NCBI GenBank assembly: GCA_963676395.1
Contig: OY781066.1
Span: 256,001-320,000, forward strand
From: a bacterium
Lineage (GTDB): Bacteria; Fidelibacterota; Fidelibacteria; Fidelibacterales; Fidelibacteraceae
Direction: 5' to 3'
DNA: 64,000 nucleotides
The translations under genes were made by a program, and so were the position numbers. The notes beneath the pieces were generated by a model. The model ran no database searches and was not told the origin of the DNA. It saw only the letters and a program-made list of their open reading frames with translations. Positions 29,102 through 39,816 of this stretch are shown here, piece by piece (positions within the stretch are counted from its first letter, which is position 1; each line of letters starts with the position of its first letter).

Positions 29102-30205
29102 ATGTTGTATCTATTGTTATATCCCCTACGGGATCAGATCACCTGGCTGAATATGCTGGGTTACATTTCATTCAGATCTGCAGCTGCAGCGATCACGGCA
29201 TTGCTCATATCCTTTTATTTTGGCCCTAAGATCATCAATTCACTCCGACGACATCATATCGGTGAAACTATTCGCTCCGATGGTCCACAAACCCACCAGG
29301 CCAAGGCCGGAACACCCACAATGGGTGGATTAATGATACATTTATCCGTATTTGTTCCTACCCTGCTTTGGGCAGATCTTAGTAACAAGTATGTTTTATT
29401 GATCATGTTTGTAACCTTTTGGATGGGTGCTATTGGTTTTATTGATGATTATCTGAAAGTCGTAAAAAAAATGAAAGAAGGTCTGGTAGCACGTTATAAA
29501 TTAATGGGACAAGTTGCCATAGGCATCATTGTTGCCGGTTTTATGTATTTATATCCATCTGATCCTAACTTGGTTACGGCAACAGAACTTCCATTTTTTA
29601 AAAATGTTATGATCAATTTTGGTGTATTCTATGCCCCGATGGTCATTCTATATATTACCGGATTTTCAAATGCGGTAAATTTAAGCGATGGTCTTGACGG
29701 ATTAGCTGCAGGACTAATGGCATTTTCTGGATTTGTGCTTTTAGGCATTTCCTATCTGTCCGGTCGTGTAGATTTTTCCAACTATCTTTCTATTCTTTAC
29801 TTGCCCACCACCGGTGAACTAACGGTTTTTCTTGCCGCAATGGTAGGTGGAATGGTTGGCTTTTTGTGGTTTAATTCGAGACCGGCAGAAGTCTTTATGG
29901 GCGATACGGGCTCACTCGCCTATGGGGCCGCTTTGGGAACCATAGCAATTTTATTAAAAAAAGAGATCCTATTTATTCTTGTTGGTGGTGTTTTTGTGAT
30001 CGAAGCCTTAAGCGTAGTTCTTCAAGTAGGTCACTTTAAATACACGAAATATAAAACGGGCACCGCAAAGCGTCTTTTTAAAATGGCGCCTCTGCATCAC
30101 CATTTCGAACAAAAAGGTTGGTCGGAATCAAAAGTAGTCATCCGATTTTGGATATTGGGTATTCTTTGCGCTTTAATGTCATTTGCAACATTCAAGATAC
30201 GCTAA
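29102..30205 (+). CDS. mraY: Phospho-MurNAc-pentapeptide transferase
   Basis: GTPTMGG, GFIDDYLK, NAVNLSDGLDGL, FMGDTGS, MAPLHHHFE. Confidence 0.97.
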   Translation: MLYLLLYPLRDQITWLNMLGYISFRSAAAAITALLISFYFGPKIINSLRRHHIGETIRSDGPQTHQAKAGTPTMGGLMIHLSVFVPTLLWADLSNKYVLLIMFVTFWMGAIGFIDDYLKVVKKMKEGLVARYKLMGQVAIGIIVAGFMYLYPSDPNLVTATELPFFKNVMINFGVFYAPMVILYITGFSNAVNLSDGLDGLAAGLMAFSGFVLLGISYLSGRVDFSNYLSILYLPTTGELTVFLAAMVGGMVGFLWFNSRPAEVFMGDTGSLAYGAALGTIAILLKKEILFILVGGVFVIEALSVVLQVGHFKYTKYKTGTAKRLFKMAPLHHHFEQKGWSESKVVIRFWILGILCALMSFATFKIR

Positions 30206-30217
30206 GAGGTTATAGTC

Positions 30218-31579
30218 GTGAAAGTCACAGATAAATACATCACAGTTTTGGGAGCCGGTAGAAGCGGAATATCCGCTGCTATCTTGCTTGCTCAGCAAGA
30301 AGCCAATGTGTTAGTCAGCGACAGCAATGCAGCTAATGAGACCCCTGACCTTATAAATATTTTCAACGAACACCATATTCAATATGAATTTGGTCAACAT
30401 AGCGCCAAAATACTTGAATCTGATTTTGTAATCCTTTCACCCGGTATTCCAACAACGTCTGCAGTAGTTCAGATGCTATATGAGCGTGATATCCCTGTTT
30501 ATTCGGAGATCGAAGCTGCATCGTGGTTCTCTGAAAGTCCCATTATTGCCGTCACGGGTTCCAATGGCAAAACCACAACAACAACCTTAATCGCCGATAT
30601 GCTTGAAAAATCAGGTATCCCGGCAGTCGCATGTGGTAATATCGGTCATTCTTTTTCCGAAGCGGTCTATACGGCCATTGTTCGCGGAATACATCCAATG
30701 TATGTCACAGAAGTCAGTTCATTCCAACTTGAAACCACTCGAGATTTTCATCCCAATGTGGCGGTATTATTGAATATTACTCCGGATCATCTCGATCGTT
30801 ATGATTCATTTTTAGATTATGCTTTAACCAAATGTAAGGTTTTATTAAACCAAGAAGAAAATGACTATGCGGTATTAAATCACGATGATAGTATTATCTG
30901 TGAACATGCTAAAACCAAAGCTTATGTCATTCCTGTGTCAAAGGAAAAACTTCCGGATTCTATCGCCTATTTTGATGGTGAAACATTTTCTTTCAAGCTT
31001 GAAGATTCATGGCATGAAATGAAAAAAGATGACATTAAGCTCTTTGGTATTCATAATGAATACAATATTGCTTCAGCGGCATCTGCGGTTTCACCTTTTA
31101 TCGATAATCCAAATGGTGTTTTTGAGTCTCTAAAACAATTTAAAGGTATCCCTCATAGAATAGAATTTGCCGGCGAAGTTGCCAATATCAGATTTTATAA
31201 TGATTCTAAGGGCACAAATACAGATTCTGTAAAAATGGCGATCCAAAGCTTTAAAAACCCGCTGCACCTCATACTGGGTGGCCGGGATAAAAACAGTAAT
31301 TTCAGAGAATTATCACCATATATCTCTTCTCAAGACAAAATCTATGTAATTGGTGAAGCTAGCGAAAAAATCATGGAGCAACTTAAAGAATTCTCGCCCA
31401 TGTCTTGCGGTGATATTGAAACTGCCGTTATGAAAGCATATCATTCGGCAAATCCGGGTGATGCCATACTGCTCTCCCCCGCCTGTACAAGTTTTGATCA
31501 ATATAAAAACTTTGAAAAGCGCGGAGATCATTTTAAAAAAATAGTAAAAACTATCATGGATATGGGAAATGAAGAATAG
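30218..31579 (+). CDS. murD: UDP-MurNAc-L-Ala--D-Glu ligase
   Basis: VTGSNGKTTTT, EVSSFQL, NITPDHLDRY, NDSKGTN, LSPACTSFDQ. Confidence 0.96.
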   Translation: MKVTDKYITVLGAGRSGISAAILLAQQEANVLVSDSNAANETPDLINIFNEHHIQYEFGQHSAKILESDFVILSPGIPTTSAVVQMLYERDIPVYSEIEAASWFSESPIIAVTGSNGKTTTTTLIADMLEKSGIPAVACGNIGHSFSEAVYTAIVRGIHPMYVTEVSSFQLETTRDFHPNVAVLLNITPDHLDRYDSFLDYALTKCKVLLNQEENDYAVLNHDDSIICEHAKTKAYVIPVSKEKLPDSIAYFDGETFSFKLEDSWHEMKKDDIKLFGIHNEYNIASAASAVSPFIDNPNGVFESLKQFKGIPHRIEFAGEVANIRFYNDSKGTNTDSVKMAIQSFKNPLHLILGGRDKNSNFRELSPYISSQDKIYVIGEASEKIMEQLKEFSPMSCGDIETAVMKAYHSANPGDAILLSPACTSFDQYKNFEKRGDHFKKIVKTIMDMGNEE

Positions 31580-32711
31580 AATTGAATACCCTACAGCTTT
31601 TAAAGTCTTTTGGATCACTTTGATCCTTCTGATCTTTGCAGGAATGCTTATTTTGTTTTCCGCCAGCACCCGGGTTGCTTTTAATATTGAAGGAAATGCC
31701 AATTCTTTCTTTGAAAGTCATATTAAATATTTATTTATCTCAATGATGATCGGGTTCATCTTTTATTTATTTGATTATAAATCATTCAAGAATTTCACCT
31801 GGTTTCTTATCATCATTACGGCGGGAATCCTGATAATGACGCTCATTCACAAATATGCCAGCGGTAATTCTCATCCTGTACGTTGGCTCTCACTGGGCGG
31901 CAGAAATATTTTTCAATTGGCTGAAATAGTTAAATTTACCTTAATATTATATGTAAGTGCTTATCTTTCGAATCATGAAGAGACCATAAATACCTTTAGA
32001 AAAGGACTTCTACCGGTTTTATTAATTTCTGCAACTCTGGTGGTCATGATCGCATTAACTCCGGATCTATCCTCAGCATTTATGCTTTTTGTCGTTGTTA
32101 TCACTATGTTATATGTTGGTGGCGCACGATTATGGCATATATTGATCGTGACGGTTCCATCATTGCTAGCTGGCGGAATATATGCTTGGATAGAACCTTA
32201 CAGACGTGCTCGTATTCTTGCAAAATTCAATCCTGAAGATATCAGTAATGCCAATTATCAGATCAGACAATCTTTGATCTCCCTTTCGGGCGGTGGGTTC
32301 TTTGGACGCGGTTTTGGAAATTCCACCGGTAAAAATCTATTCTTGCCAGAGGCACATACGGACTTCATCTTTTCAATCGCAGGCGAAGAACTTGGCTTTA
32401 TTACAACCTTTCTTATTTTAATCGGATTCATTGTGCTTTTCATTTCGATGTTGCGACTTGCCAAAAATGTGCGTGATCCATTTGGGAAATATTTACTTTT
32501 CGGTACTGCATTTTCAATTATTCTTTACGCCATGGCGAATGCTTTGGTTTGCGTAGGAATCGGTCCCGTTACCGGATTACCTATGCCCTTTGTTTCAAAA
32601 AGTGGTTCTCAGCTACTCATCAATCTTGCATTGATCGGAATAAGCATGAATGTTGTAAAACAAACACAACATGAAGAACAAAAAAAAGCGGAGTTTTTAC
32701 ATGAACTCTAA
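31569..32711 (+). CDS. ftsW: SEDS peptidoglycan polymerase FtsW
   Basis: Multi-TM; RWL, PDL, LPEAHTDFIFS..GEELG, GLPMPFVS. Confidence 0.93.
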   Translation: MKNRIEYPTAFKVFWITLILLIFAGMLILFSASTRVAFNIEGNANSFFESHIKYLFISMMIGFIFYLFDYKSFKNFTWFLIIITAGILIMTLIHKYASGNSHPVRWLSLGGRNIFQLAEIVKFTLILYVSAYLSNHEETINTFRKGLLPVLLISATLVVMIALTPDLSSAFMLFVVVITMLYVGGARLWHILIVTVPSLLAGGIYAWIEPYRRARILAKFNPEDISNANYQIRQSLISLSGGGFFGRGFGNSTGKNLFLPEAHTDFIFSIAGEELGFITTFLILIGFIVLFISMLRLAKNVRDPFGKYLLFGTAFSIILYAMANALVCVGIGPVTGLPMPFVSKSGSQLLINLALIGISMNVVKQTQHEEQKKAEFLHEL

Positions 32712-33864
32712 AAAACAATTTAACATAATTATCACCGGTGGTGGTACAGGTGGACATTTTTATCCCATCCTGGCAATTGCCGATGCAATAAAAGAGAGAG
32801 AAAGTCAACTGCCTAAAGATGTGAGCTTGGGTATACATTACATCGGTTCGCGTTTCGGCATAGAAGAAAGGAAAGCACATGAATATGAATATCCTTATAC
32901 GCTGGTTCCTATTAAAGGATTTTCCAGATACCGTTCTTTTGAATCGCTTATTCAAAACCTACTGCTTCCATCCAGGATCCTCCGCACGTGGTTAATAACA
33001 CGTAAACTTTTTAAAAACCTAAAACCCGTTGCATGCATTGCTACAGGCGGATATGTATCAATGATGCCGGGGATGGTCGCCAACAAAATGTCTGTCCCCC
33101 TATTCTTACAAGAACAGAATGCTTACCCGGGAATGACCACAAAACGCTTATCACAGGGCGCTAAGGAATTATTCTTTGCATACGATGCCGTTAAAAAATA
33201 CATAAAACATGATATCAGCATGAAAAAGCTCGGTAATCCCATTCGCTCAAACATTATCCCAAAAAATAAGATCGAAGCAAGAAAAGCTATGGGATTGGAT
33301 CCCGATAAATTTACTTTATTTATTTTTGGTGGTTCGCAAGGTGCTTTAAATATCAATCGCCATATCGCTGAACGAGCAGCCTCATGGATCCAAAAATATA
33401 ATATTCAGATCCTATGGCAAAGCGGAACTCATTCATTTAATATGCTCAATAAAGAATTCGGCACACATAATAATATAAAACTCTTACCCTTTATCAACGA
33501 TATGTCTTCTGCCTACTCCTCGGCAGATCTTATTATTGCCAGAGCAGGTGCTTTAAGTCTGGCTGAAATTGAACGCATGCAAATCCCATCCATTTTGATC
33601 CCATTGCCAACCGCAGCCGGCAATCATCAATTTTATAATGCAAAAGCATTAGAAGAGCTCGGTTGCGCCGTGATCGTGGAAGAAAAGGATTTCCCCCAAT
33701 CACCTTTAATGAAACATTTAAACAATTTAGTTAATAACCCTGTCAAGCTTCAGCAAATGCAAGATTCCTTTCCCGTTGTGAAAGAGGATGCTGCGGAAGC
33801 CATCGCAGACAGGATAATAGAAATACTTATGACACAACAATATGGGAGTACAAATGCGAGATAA
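32701..33864 (+). CDS. murG: Undecaprenyl-PP-MurNAc-pentapeptide GlcNAc transferase
   Basis: GGGTGGH, GGYVS, EQN, GNPIR, GGSQGA, RAGA, HQ..NA. Confidence 0.96.
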   Translation: MNSKKQFNIIITGGGTGGHFYPILAIADAIKERESQLPKDVSLGIHYIGSRFGIEERKAHEYEYPYTLVPIKGFSRYRSFESLIQNLLLPSRILRTWLITRKLFKNLKPVACIATGGYVSMMPGMVANKMSVPLFLQEQNAYPGMTTKRLSQGAKELFFAYDAVKKYIKHDISMKKLGNPIRSNIIPKNKIEARKAMGLDPDKFTLFIFGGSQGALNINRHIAERAASWIQKYNIQILWQSGTHSFNMLNKEFGTHNNIKLLPFINDMSSAYSSADLIIARAGALSLAEIERMQIPSILIPLPTAAGNHQFYNAKALEELGCAVIVEEKDFPQSPLMKHLNNLVNNPVKLQQMQDSFPVVKEDAAEAIADRIIEILMTQQYGSTNAR

Positions 33865-35251
33865 CAGAATCACAAGCGTATTCGGTTCTATTCGTAAGAT
33901 CCATATGATAGGGATCGGTGGAATCGGCATGAGCGGTATTGCAGATGTACTTATAAGACTGGGATTTGAAGTGTCCGGTTCTGATTCAACCGCAAGTGCA
34001 ATCACGAAGCATTTAATTGACCTGGGTGCAAATATTCGCATCGGTCAACACAGAGAACAGATAAAAGGCCAGGATGTTGTTGTTTATTCTTCCGCTATCA
34101 AAGAAGATAATCCCGAATACAGACAAGCAAAATACCTGGGGATCAAACTGATCCGACGTGCAGAATTTCTGGGCATGCTACTTTCGGTATGGCCGATAAG
34201 AATTGGTGTAGCAGGAACACACGGAAAAACATCAACCTCATCTATTATCGCTTCGGCTTTAGATGAATGTGGCTCTCATCCATCTATGTTTATTGGCGGT
34301 ATCATTAAAAATCTTAAAACCAATGCCCGGATGGATTCTAAAACCTATGTCATCTTTGAGGCGGACGAATATGATAGAACATTTTTAGCATTACCACCTA
34401 CCCTGGCCGTAATCACAAATGTAGATGCCGATCATCTTGATATTTATAAAGATCTTGATGACATGAAAGAAACTTTTATTAAATATGCCAACAGCATACC
34501 GGAAAACGGTTCGGTTATTCTTTGCTATGATGATAAAAACGCACGATCACTGCTGGATATGATCGACAGACCGGTGGTCACTTACGGTACACATTCGGAA
34601 GCCGACTTTAGAATTGACAATATTTCATACAAAAATGGGTCACAATTCTCACTTACTTACCAAAATGAGAAGATTGGTGATTACGAGATCAGTCAAGTGG
34701 GAGAACACAATGTGTTAAACGCCACTGCAGCCCTTGTTACGGCTTATCTCCTTCATCTTGATATGCCGAGCGCCGGACGAGGTATAAAGGTTTTTGCGGG
34801 CGTTGAGCGACGATTTGAGCTGAGAAATCAAGTCGGAAATATTCCGATCTATGATGATTATGCTCACCATCCCACTGAAATCAATGCGACACTTACCGCT
34901 TTAAGAAATATTCATCCAGACAAGCGAATCGTTGCAGTGTTTCAACCGCATCTTTTTACAAGAACCCGTGATTTCCTTGAAGGCTTTGCAAGTTCATTAC
35001 AAAAAGCCGACGAAGTATTTATTGCAGACATTTATCCTGCGAGAGAAAAACCTATACGAAAAATAAACTCAAAACTCATTGTTAACATGATGAAAGATCA
35101 GGGTTTTGAGCATGTGACCTATACAGGCAAGTTGACCGGGACCGCCACAAAGGTTGCGCAAGAAATTAAAGAAAATGATATCATTATTACCATAGGTGCC
35201 GGTGATATCTGGAAAATAAATGACCAGTTAAACGAGGCATTGAGTGACTGA
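33854..35251 (+). CDS. murC: UDP-MurNAc--L-alanine ligase
   Basis: IGIGGIGMSGIA, GTHGKTSTS, EADEYD, DHLD, DDYAHHPTE, FQPH. Confidence 0.96.
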   Translation: MRDNRITSVFGSIRKIHMIGIGGIGMSGIADVLIRLGFEVSGSDSTASAITKHLIDLGANIRIGQHREQIKGQDVVVYSSAIKEDNPEYRQAKYLGIKLIRRAEFLGMLLSVWPIRIGVAGTHGKTSTSSIIASALDECGSHPSMFIGGIIKNLKTNARMDSKTYVIFEADEYDRTFLALPPTLAVITNVDADHLDIYKDLDDMKETFIKYANSIPENGSVILCYDDKNARSLLDMIDRPVVTYGTHSEADFRIDNISYKNGSQFSLTYQNEKIGDYEISQVGEHNVLNATAALVTAYLLHLDMPSAGRGIKVFAGVERRFELRNQVGNIPIYDDYAHHPTEINATLTALRNIHPDKRIVAVFQPHLFTRTRDFLEGFASSLQKADEVFIADIYPAREKPIRKINSKLIVNMMKDQGFEHVTYTGKLTGTATKVAQEIKENDIIITIGAGDIWKINDQLNEALSD

Positions 35252-35999
35252 CAAGAGTGGACATAGCTCTTCACGGAGAAAATTGATCATCAGTGGATCC
35301 ATATTTTTGGTCTTCTTACTGTTGGTGCTGGTATATAGCGGCTCACAGCATGTTTTTACCGTAAAAAATATCGAGGTCAGCGGACAGTACGAGCTTAGCG
35401 ACCGCGAAATTGAGCGAATCTCCGGCATAAAACGCGGAGCGAATATGTTCGATCTGGACTTATTACAGGGAATTAAAAACCTCATTCGCGAACCCTTTAT
35501 TAATAAGGTTTACATCTATCGTGAATTTCCGGATAAAGTCAAAATTAATGTTATTGAACGACACCCTATCGTGTTGATAGAGTTGGCAAAGGATTATGCT
35601 ATTGATGCTTTTGGGATCATGCTACCACCACCCATTAATTACCCTACTGAAAGTCTACCCATTATACGGGGTGTGGATCCTTCCCTACCTTTTGAACTGG
35701 GTAAATTGATCCGGCAACAGGATATCATCAATGCCATTGCGTTCCTTAATCACGTCATCTTGCTTGATAATGAAATGCTGGAATATTGCTCGATCATTCG
35801 CTGGTCGGAAGAAATCGGTTGGATCATACAAAAAGACAAACGACATCCCGAAGTACATTTAGGTAAAACAAATCTGGTTCGACGAATTGATATGTTTGAA
35901 GCCTTTCTTGATAAAATGGAAAACGACAATGTAGATATAACAGTATTTAAATACATCAACTTGCGTTTTGAAAAACAAATTATCGTAAGTGAAAAGTAA
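35244..35999 (+). CDS. ftsQ: Cell division protein FtsQ/DivIB
   Basis: TM helix + POTRA (FPDKVKINVIER) + INLRF; position in cluster. Confidence 0.88.
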   Translation: MTDKSGHSSSRRKLIISGSIFLVFLLLVLVYSGSQHVFTVKNIEVSGQYELSDREIERISGIKRGANMFDLDLLQGIKNLIREPFINKVYIYREFPDKVKINVIERHPIVLIELAKDYAIDAFGIMLPPPINYPTESLPIIRGVDPSLPFELGKLIRQQDIINAIAFLNHVILLDNEMLEYCSIIRWSEEIGWIIQKDKRHPEVHLGKTNLVRRIDMFEAFLDKMENDNVDITVFKYINLRFEKQIIVSEK

Positions 36000-37252
36000 T
36001 GAGAAATGCCATGAGTGAAAAAACAGTATTATGCGCGTTGGATATCGGAACCACAAAGATTTGTGCCATTATTGGTGAGTACGATCGTACGGTTTCCGAA
36101 TACCATGTTCTTGGCATAGGAAAAGTTCCTTCTGCCGGAATGAAAAGCGGTGTGGTCATAGATATTGACCTAACCCGAAAGTCCATCGAAGCTGCCGTGC
36201 AATTAGCACTTGAAGACAGCGGTATGGAAAAGATTAGCGGTGTTACGGTTGGCATTGCGGGTGATCACATACGCAGTTTAGATTCTGAACATGCGATTTC
36301 CATCAATCGTCCCGATAATTCAAAGAAAGTCAATATTATTGACGAAAAAGATGTGGTAAGACTTGAAGATTCAATCAAAAGCATCAATATCGGCATTGAT
36401 CGTGAAATTATCCATGTAATTCCACAAGAATACATTATCAATGACCAGATGGTAGTTAAAAACCCATTGGGTATGTCCGGCAACAAACTCACATTAAAAG
36501 CTCATGTGATCACGGCTGCTATCAATAATGCTCGTGATCTGGTTAACTGTGTTCAAAAAACCGGATTAAATGTTCATGATATAGTCCTTGAACCCCTAGC
36601 CTCTGCCGATGCCGTTTTAACCTACGATCAAAAAGAGCTGGGTGTTTGCCTAATTGATATCGGAGGCGGAACAACAGATATTACAGTTTTCCAGGATGGT
36701 CATCTTGTCAGTACAAACATCGTTGGTTATGGCGGAGAGATCGTAACACGAGATATTGCCTCACTGGTACAAACATCCTTCATTGAAGCCGAAAGGATCA
36801 AAAAAGAATATGGTTTTGCTACCGGGAAACAAGCTAAAGCACAAGGAATTAAGGAATTTTATATCAAACCCGTAAACGGAAAAGTAGATCTTGCCATGAA
36901 TTCGGGTTTACTTTCACAATTCATTGAAGCACGAGTAAGAGAAATTCTTCTACTTGCCAGAGAGCAAATCAAGGGTAAACAACTAAATGCGGGTATCGTG
37001 CTTACCGGTGGTGGATCATTACTGAGAGGTATTGAACTTCTTGCCGAAGAAATTTTCGGCATGAATGCCGTTGTTGGGTATCCCATACATATGAATGGCT
37101 TGGAACGTGAAGATTATACACCGGATTACGCAACGGGTATAGGTCTTTTGCACTATGCCAATCAACGAAACCTAAAACCTAAATTCCCATCCGGACAGTC
37201 AAAAATGACGCTTTGGAATAAGATCAAAGAACGTCTCGCGGAATTTTTCTAA
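35999..37252 (+). CDS. ftsA: Cell division protein FtsA (start may be 36011)
   Basis: LDIGTTKI, IDIGGGTTD, AERIK, GIVLTGGGS. Confidence 0.96.
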   Translation: MRNAMSEKTVLCALDIGTTKICAIIGEYDRTVSEYHVLGIGKVPSAGMKSGVVIDIDLTRKSIEAAVQLALEDSGMEKISGVTVGIAGDHIRSLDSEHAISINRPDNSKKVNIIDEKDVVRLEDSIKSINIGIDREIIHVIPQEYIINDQMVVKNPLGMSGNKLTLKAHVITAAINNARDLVNCVQKTGLNVHDIVLEPLASADAVLTYDQKELGVCLIDIGGGTTDITVFQDGHLVSTNIVGYGGEIVTRDIASLVQTSFIEAERIKKEYGFATGKQAKAQGIKEFYIKPVNGKVDLAMNSGLLSQFIEARVREILLLAREQIKGKQLNAGIVLTGGGSLLRGIELLAEEIFGMNAVVGYPIHMNGLEREDYTPDYATGIGLLHYANQRNLKPKFPSGQSKMTLWNKIKERLAEFF

Positions 37253-37286
37253 AAGTTTATAAAGAATATAAGAAACGGAGGATATT

Positions 37287-38540
37287 ATGTTAATCGAATA
37301 TGATGGTCTTCAAGACCAAAGGGCAAAGATCAAGGTGATTGGTGTTGGCGGTGGAGGCGGCAATGCCATCCAGCGTATGATCTCTTCGGATCTTTCAGAC
37401 GTAGAATTTATAGCCATTAATACCGATGCACAGGCTTTGAATGAAAACGCAGCCGAGATCAAGATCCAGATCGGAGCCAGCAGAACCCGTGGTTTGGGTG
37501 CAGGAACAGATCCATCTATCGGCTATCATGCGGCATTGGAAAGTAAAGAACGCATTGAAGATGTCGTACGTGATACCGACATGGTAATCATTACCGCTGG
37601 CATGGGTGGTGGAACCGGAACAGGTGCAGCACCTGTTATCGCAGAGATCGCGAAGAACAGCGGGGCGTTAACCGTTGCATTCGTTACCAAACCTTTCGCT
37701 TTTGAGGGCTCTCAACGTACTAAACAAGCCTTACAGGGCATAAAAAGGTTAAGAGATCATGTTGACACACTGATCGTCATACCCAATGAAAAAATATTTG
37801 ATGTCATTTCAGATGATACCAATTGGGTTGATGGTTTCAGTTTGGCAGATTCTGTTTTAAGTCAAGGTACAACAGGAATTTCCGATCTAATCACCAAACA
37901 TGGTTTGATCAACTTGGATTTTGCTGACGTAAGAACCATTATTGATCGTAAAGGTGATGCTGTGATAGGTGTTGGTTGCGCTTCGGGTGAAGACAGAGCC
38001 GTTAAGGCCGTTGAAGAAGCCATCCACTCTCCCCTATTGGAAAATAATTCCATTGCCGGCGCACGCGGATTATTGATTAACTTTACAGGCAGTAAGGACA
38101 TGAAATTAAATGAAGTCCGCAAAGCCGCAAGCACAATTTATCAAGAAGCCGGGGATAATGCGAATATCGTATTTGGTGCATTGGTTGATAATAAATTAAA
38201 AGATGAAATTTCCGTAACGGTTATTGCAACAGGTTTGAACACCGGTGCGCAAGCATCAGTTCTTCCCGATGAACCGGCCCCCCTGGAACTGAAAGATGAA
38301 CCCGCATTTGATCGCCGCGAGAGCATTCCTGTGATCGAACGGCGTGAAGAAGCCATTGAATTCAAAGCAAAAGAACAGATTCCAATGTTCGAAGACAGAA
38401 AAGTCGCCCCAGCGACTTCCAGAGCGATCCCAGTATTCGGCGAACATATCCAGATCGATGATTCATTTATCAATATTGACGAATCACAGAAAAATGATAT
38501 GAATGTACCCGCATACCTCAGGAATATGTTCAAAAAATAA
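37287..38540 (+). CDS. ftsZ: Cell division protein FtsZ
   Basis: VIGVGGGGGNA, NTDAQAL, GMGGGTGTGAAP, INLDFADV; C-terminal VPAYLR. Confidence 0.98.
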   Translation: MLIEYDGLQDQRAKIKVIGVGGGGGNAIQRMISSDLSDVEFIAINTDAQALNENAAEIKIQIGASRTRGLGAGTDPSIGYHAALESKERIEDVVRDTDMVIITAGMGGGTGTGAAPVIAEIAKNSGALTVAFVTKPFAFEGSQRTKQALQGIKRLRDHVDTLIVIPNEKIFDVISDDTNWVDGFSLADSVLSQGTTGISDLITKHGLINLDFADVRTIIDRKGDAVIGVGCASGEDRAVKAVEEAIHSPLLENNSIAGARGLLINFTGSKDMKLNEVRKAASTIYQEAGDNANIVFGALVDNKLKDEISVTVIATGLNTGAQASVLPDEPAPLELKDEPAFDRRESIPVIERREEAIEFKAKEQIPMFEDRKVAPATSRAIPVFGEHIQIDDSFINIDESQKNDMNVPAYLRNMFKK

Positions 38541-38569
38541 TAAAATAAAACCCTCTACCTCATTCTGAT

Positions 38570-38600
38570 AAAAACCCTTTGCCGCCCGGCAGAGGGTTTT
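38570..38600 (+). terminator. Intrinsic terminator of the dcw operon
   Basis: AAAACCCTTTGCC-GCCC-GGCAGAGGGTTTT. Confidence 0.8.
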
Positions 38601-38753
38601 GCTTTGCAAAAAGTAAAACCTAACATTTATAGTTCATAGTTCATCGCTTGCAAAGCGCTTTCTTACAAGCAATTCCCACTCCAAACGTAAAATAAAAAAC
38701 AAGCAATCTAATAATTCCTGTTATCCGTCTAAAAAGCAATCCAGTCAAAAAGA

Positions 38754-38781
38754 AAAACCCCGAGCATACACCCGGGGTTTT
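38754..38781 (-). terminator. Orphan terminator-like hairpin
   Basis: AAAACCCCG...CGGGGTTTT; no intact gene ends here. Confidence 0.55.
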
Positions 38782-39001
38782 GATATAGTTGTGTTAAAAA
38801 TAATCTTATTTATTCAAGACCATTTTTGCGGCGCGAATTGTTATTTTATTGTTTTATCTCTTCTTATCTTATTTTTTTATTTCTTGTTCTTTATAGTATT
38901 TTTTTTATATCTTAGTATATATTTTTAATTAGTGTTTATTTTATTATATTCACTTTTCCATTAACAGATAAGCTTACAGTTACAGAACACGACGAAAACA
39001 A

Positions 39002-39756
39002 ATGTTAATCAAGAGGCTGAATTATCAAAAAGCATTAAAGATATATAAACGCCTAATAGATGAACACCCTGACAATGACTTAGCAAAAAATGCTTTAGTT
39101 CGCGCCAAAGCATATCTTGATAATAGCTATTTATTATGCCTGATAGATTCACCTTTAAATGATATACGTTCATTTGCACGAATAGCTCTACTTTCAAACT
39201 ATGTTAAAGAAAATAACATAAGTGCTGTAAGCGAGATGTATGATATAATATCTAGAGATTTCCCCGGATCCCCCGATGAAGCCCATGCTCTATTCTCAAT
39301 GATTATGTTAAATTTGAACAATGGCCAACATCATTCATACTTAGATATCATGCAAACAAAATTTCCCGACATGGAACTAACACTTCATACACGTGAGTTA
39401 CTTGGAGAAAAAGTAGACTGGGAAACATTCAGAAAGAAATCTCTGTCAAACGAACAAAATAATAATGCTATGCCAAATAAATTTATGTTACATCAGAACT
39501 TTCCGAACCCATTTAATCCGCTAACCACAATCGAATTTGATCTACCTGAAATGGCAGATATCAGTCTGATCATCTATGATATCAACGGGAGAGAGATCGT
39601 TAAATTAATTAGCGCTTCTGCACCGGCAGGTTATATCATCAAGTTATATGGAATAGTTTGGACAAATACGGTAATAATGCTGCAAGCGGCTTAAATATCT
39701 ATCGCCTACAATCAAACAACTTCTCTGATGTAAAGAAAATGCTATTGGTTAGATAG
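39002..39756 (+). pseudogene. 5'-truncated, frameshifted TPR-like + CTD (T9SS/FlgD-Ig-like) protein
   Basis: No signal peptide. HQNFPNPFNPLTTI...PAGY is followed by an extra AT at about 39635. The shifted frame continues HQVIWNSLDKYGNNAASGLNIYRLQSNNFSDVKKMLLVR* (TAG 39754-39756). Confidence 0.85.
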
Positions 39757-39816
39757 GAATTGAATATCGTAAATTAATACGAATCAATTATTTAAAAGAT
39801 CGAGGAGATTGGCTTA

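Noticed and set aside
35244..36011. Absence of murB and ddl from the dcw cluster as a novelty
   Set aside because: murC-ftsQ-ftsA-ftsZ without these genes is a common arrangement in Bacteroidota-related genomes
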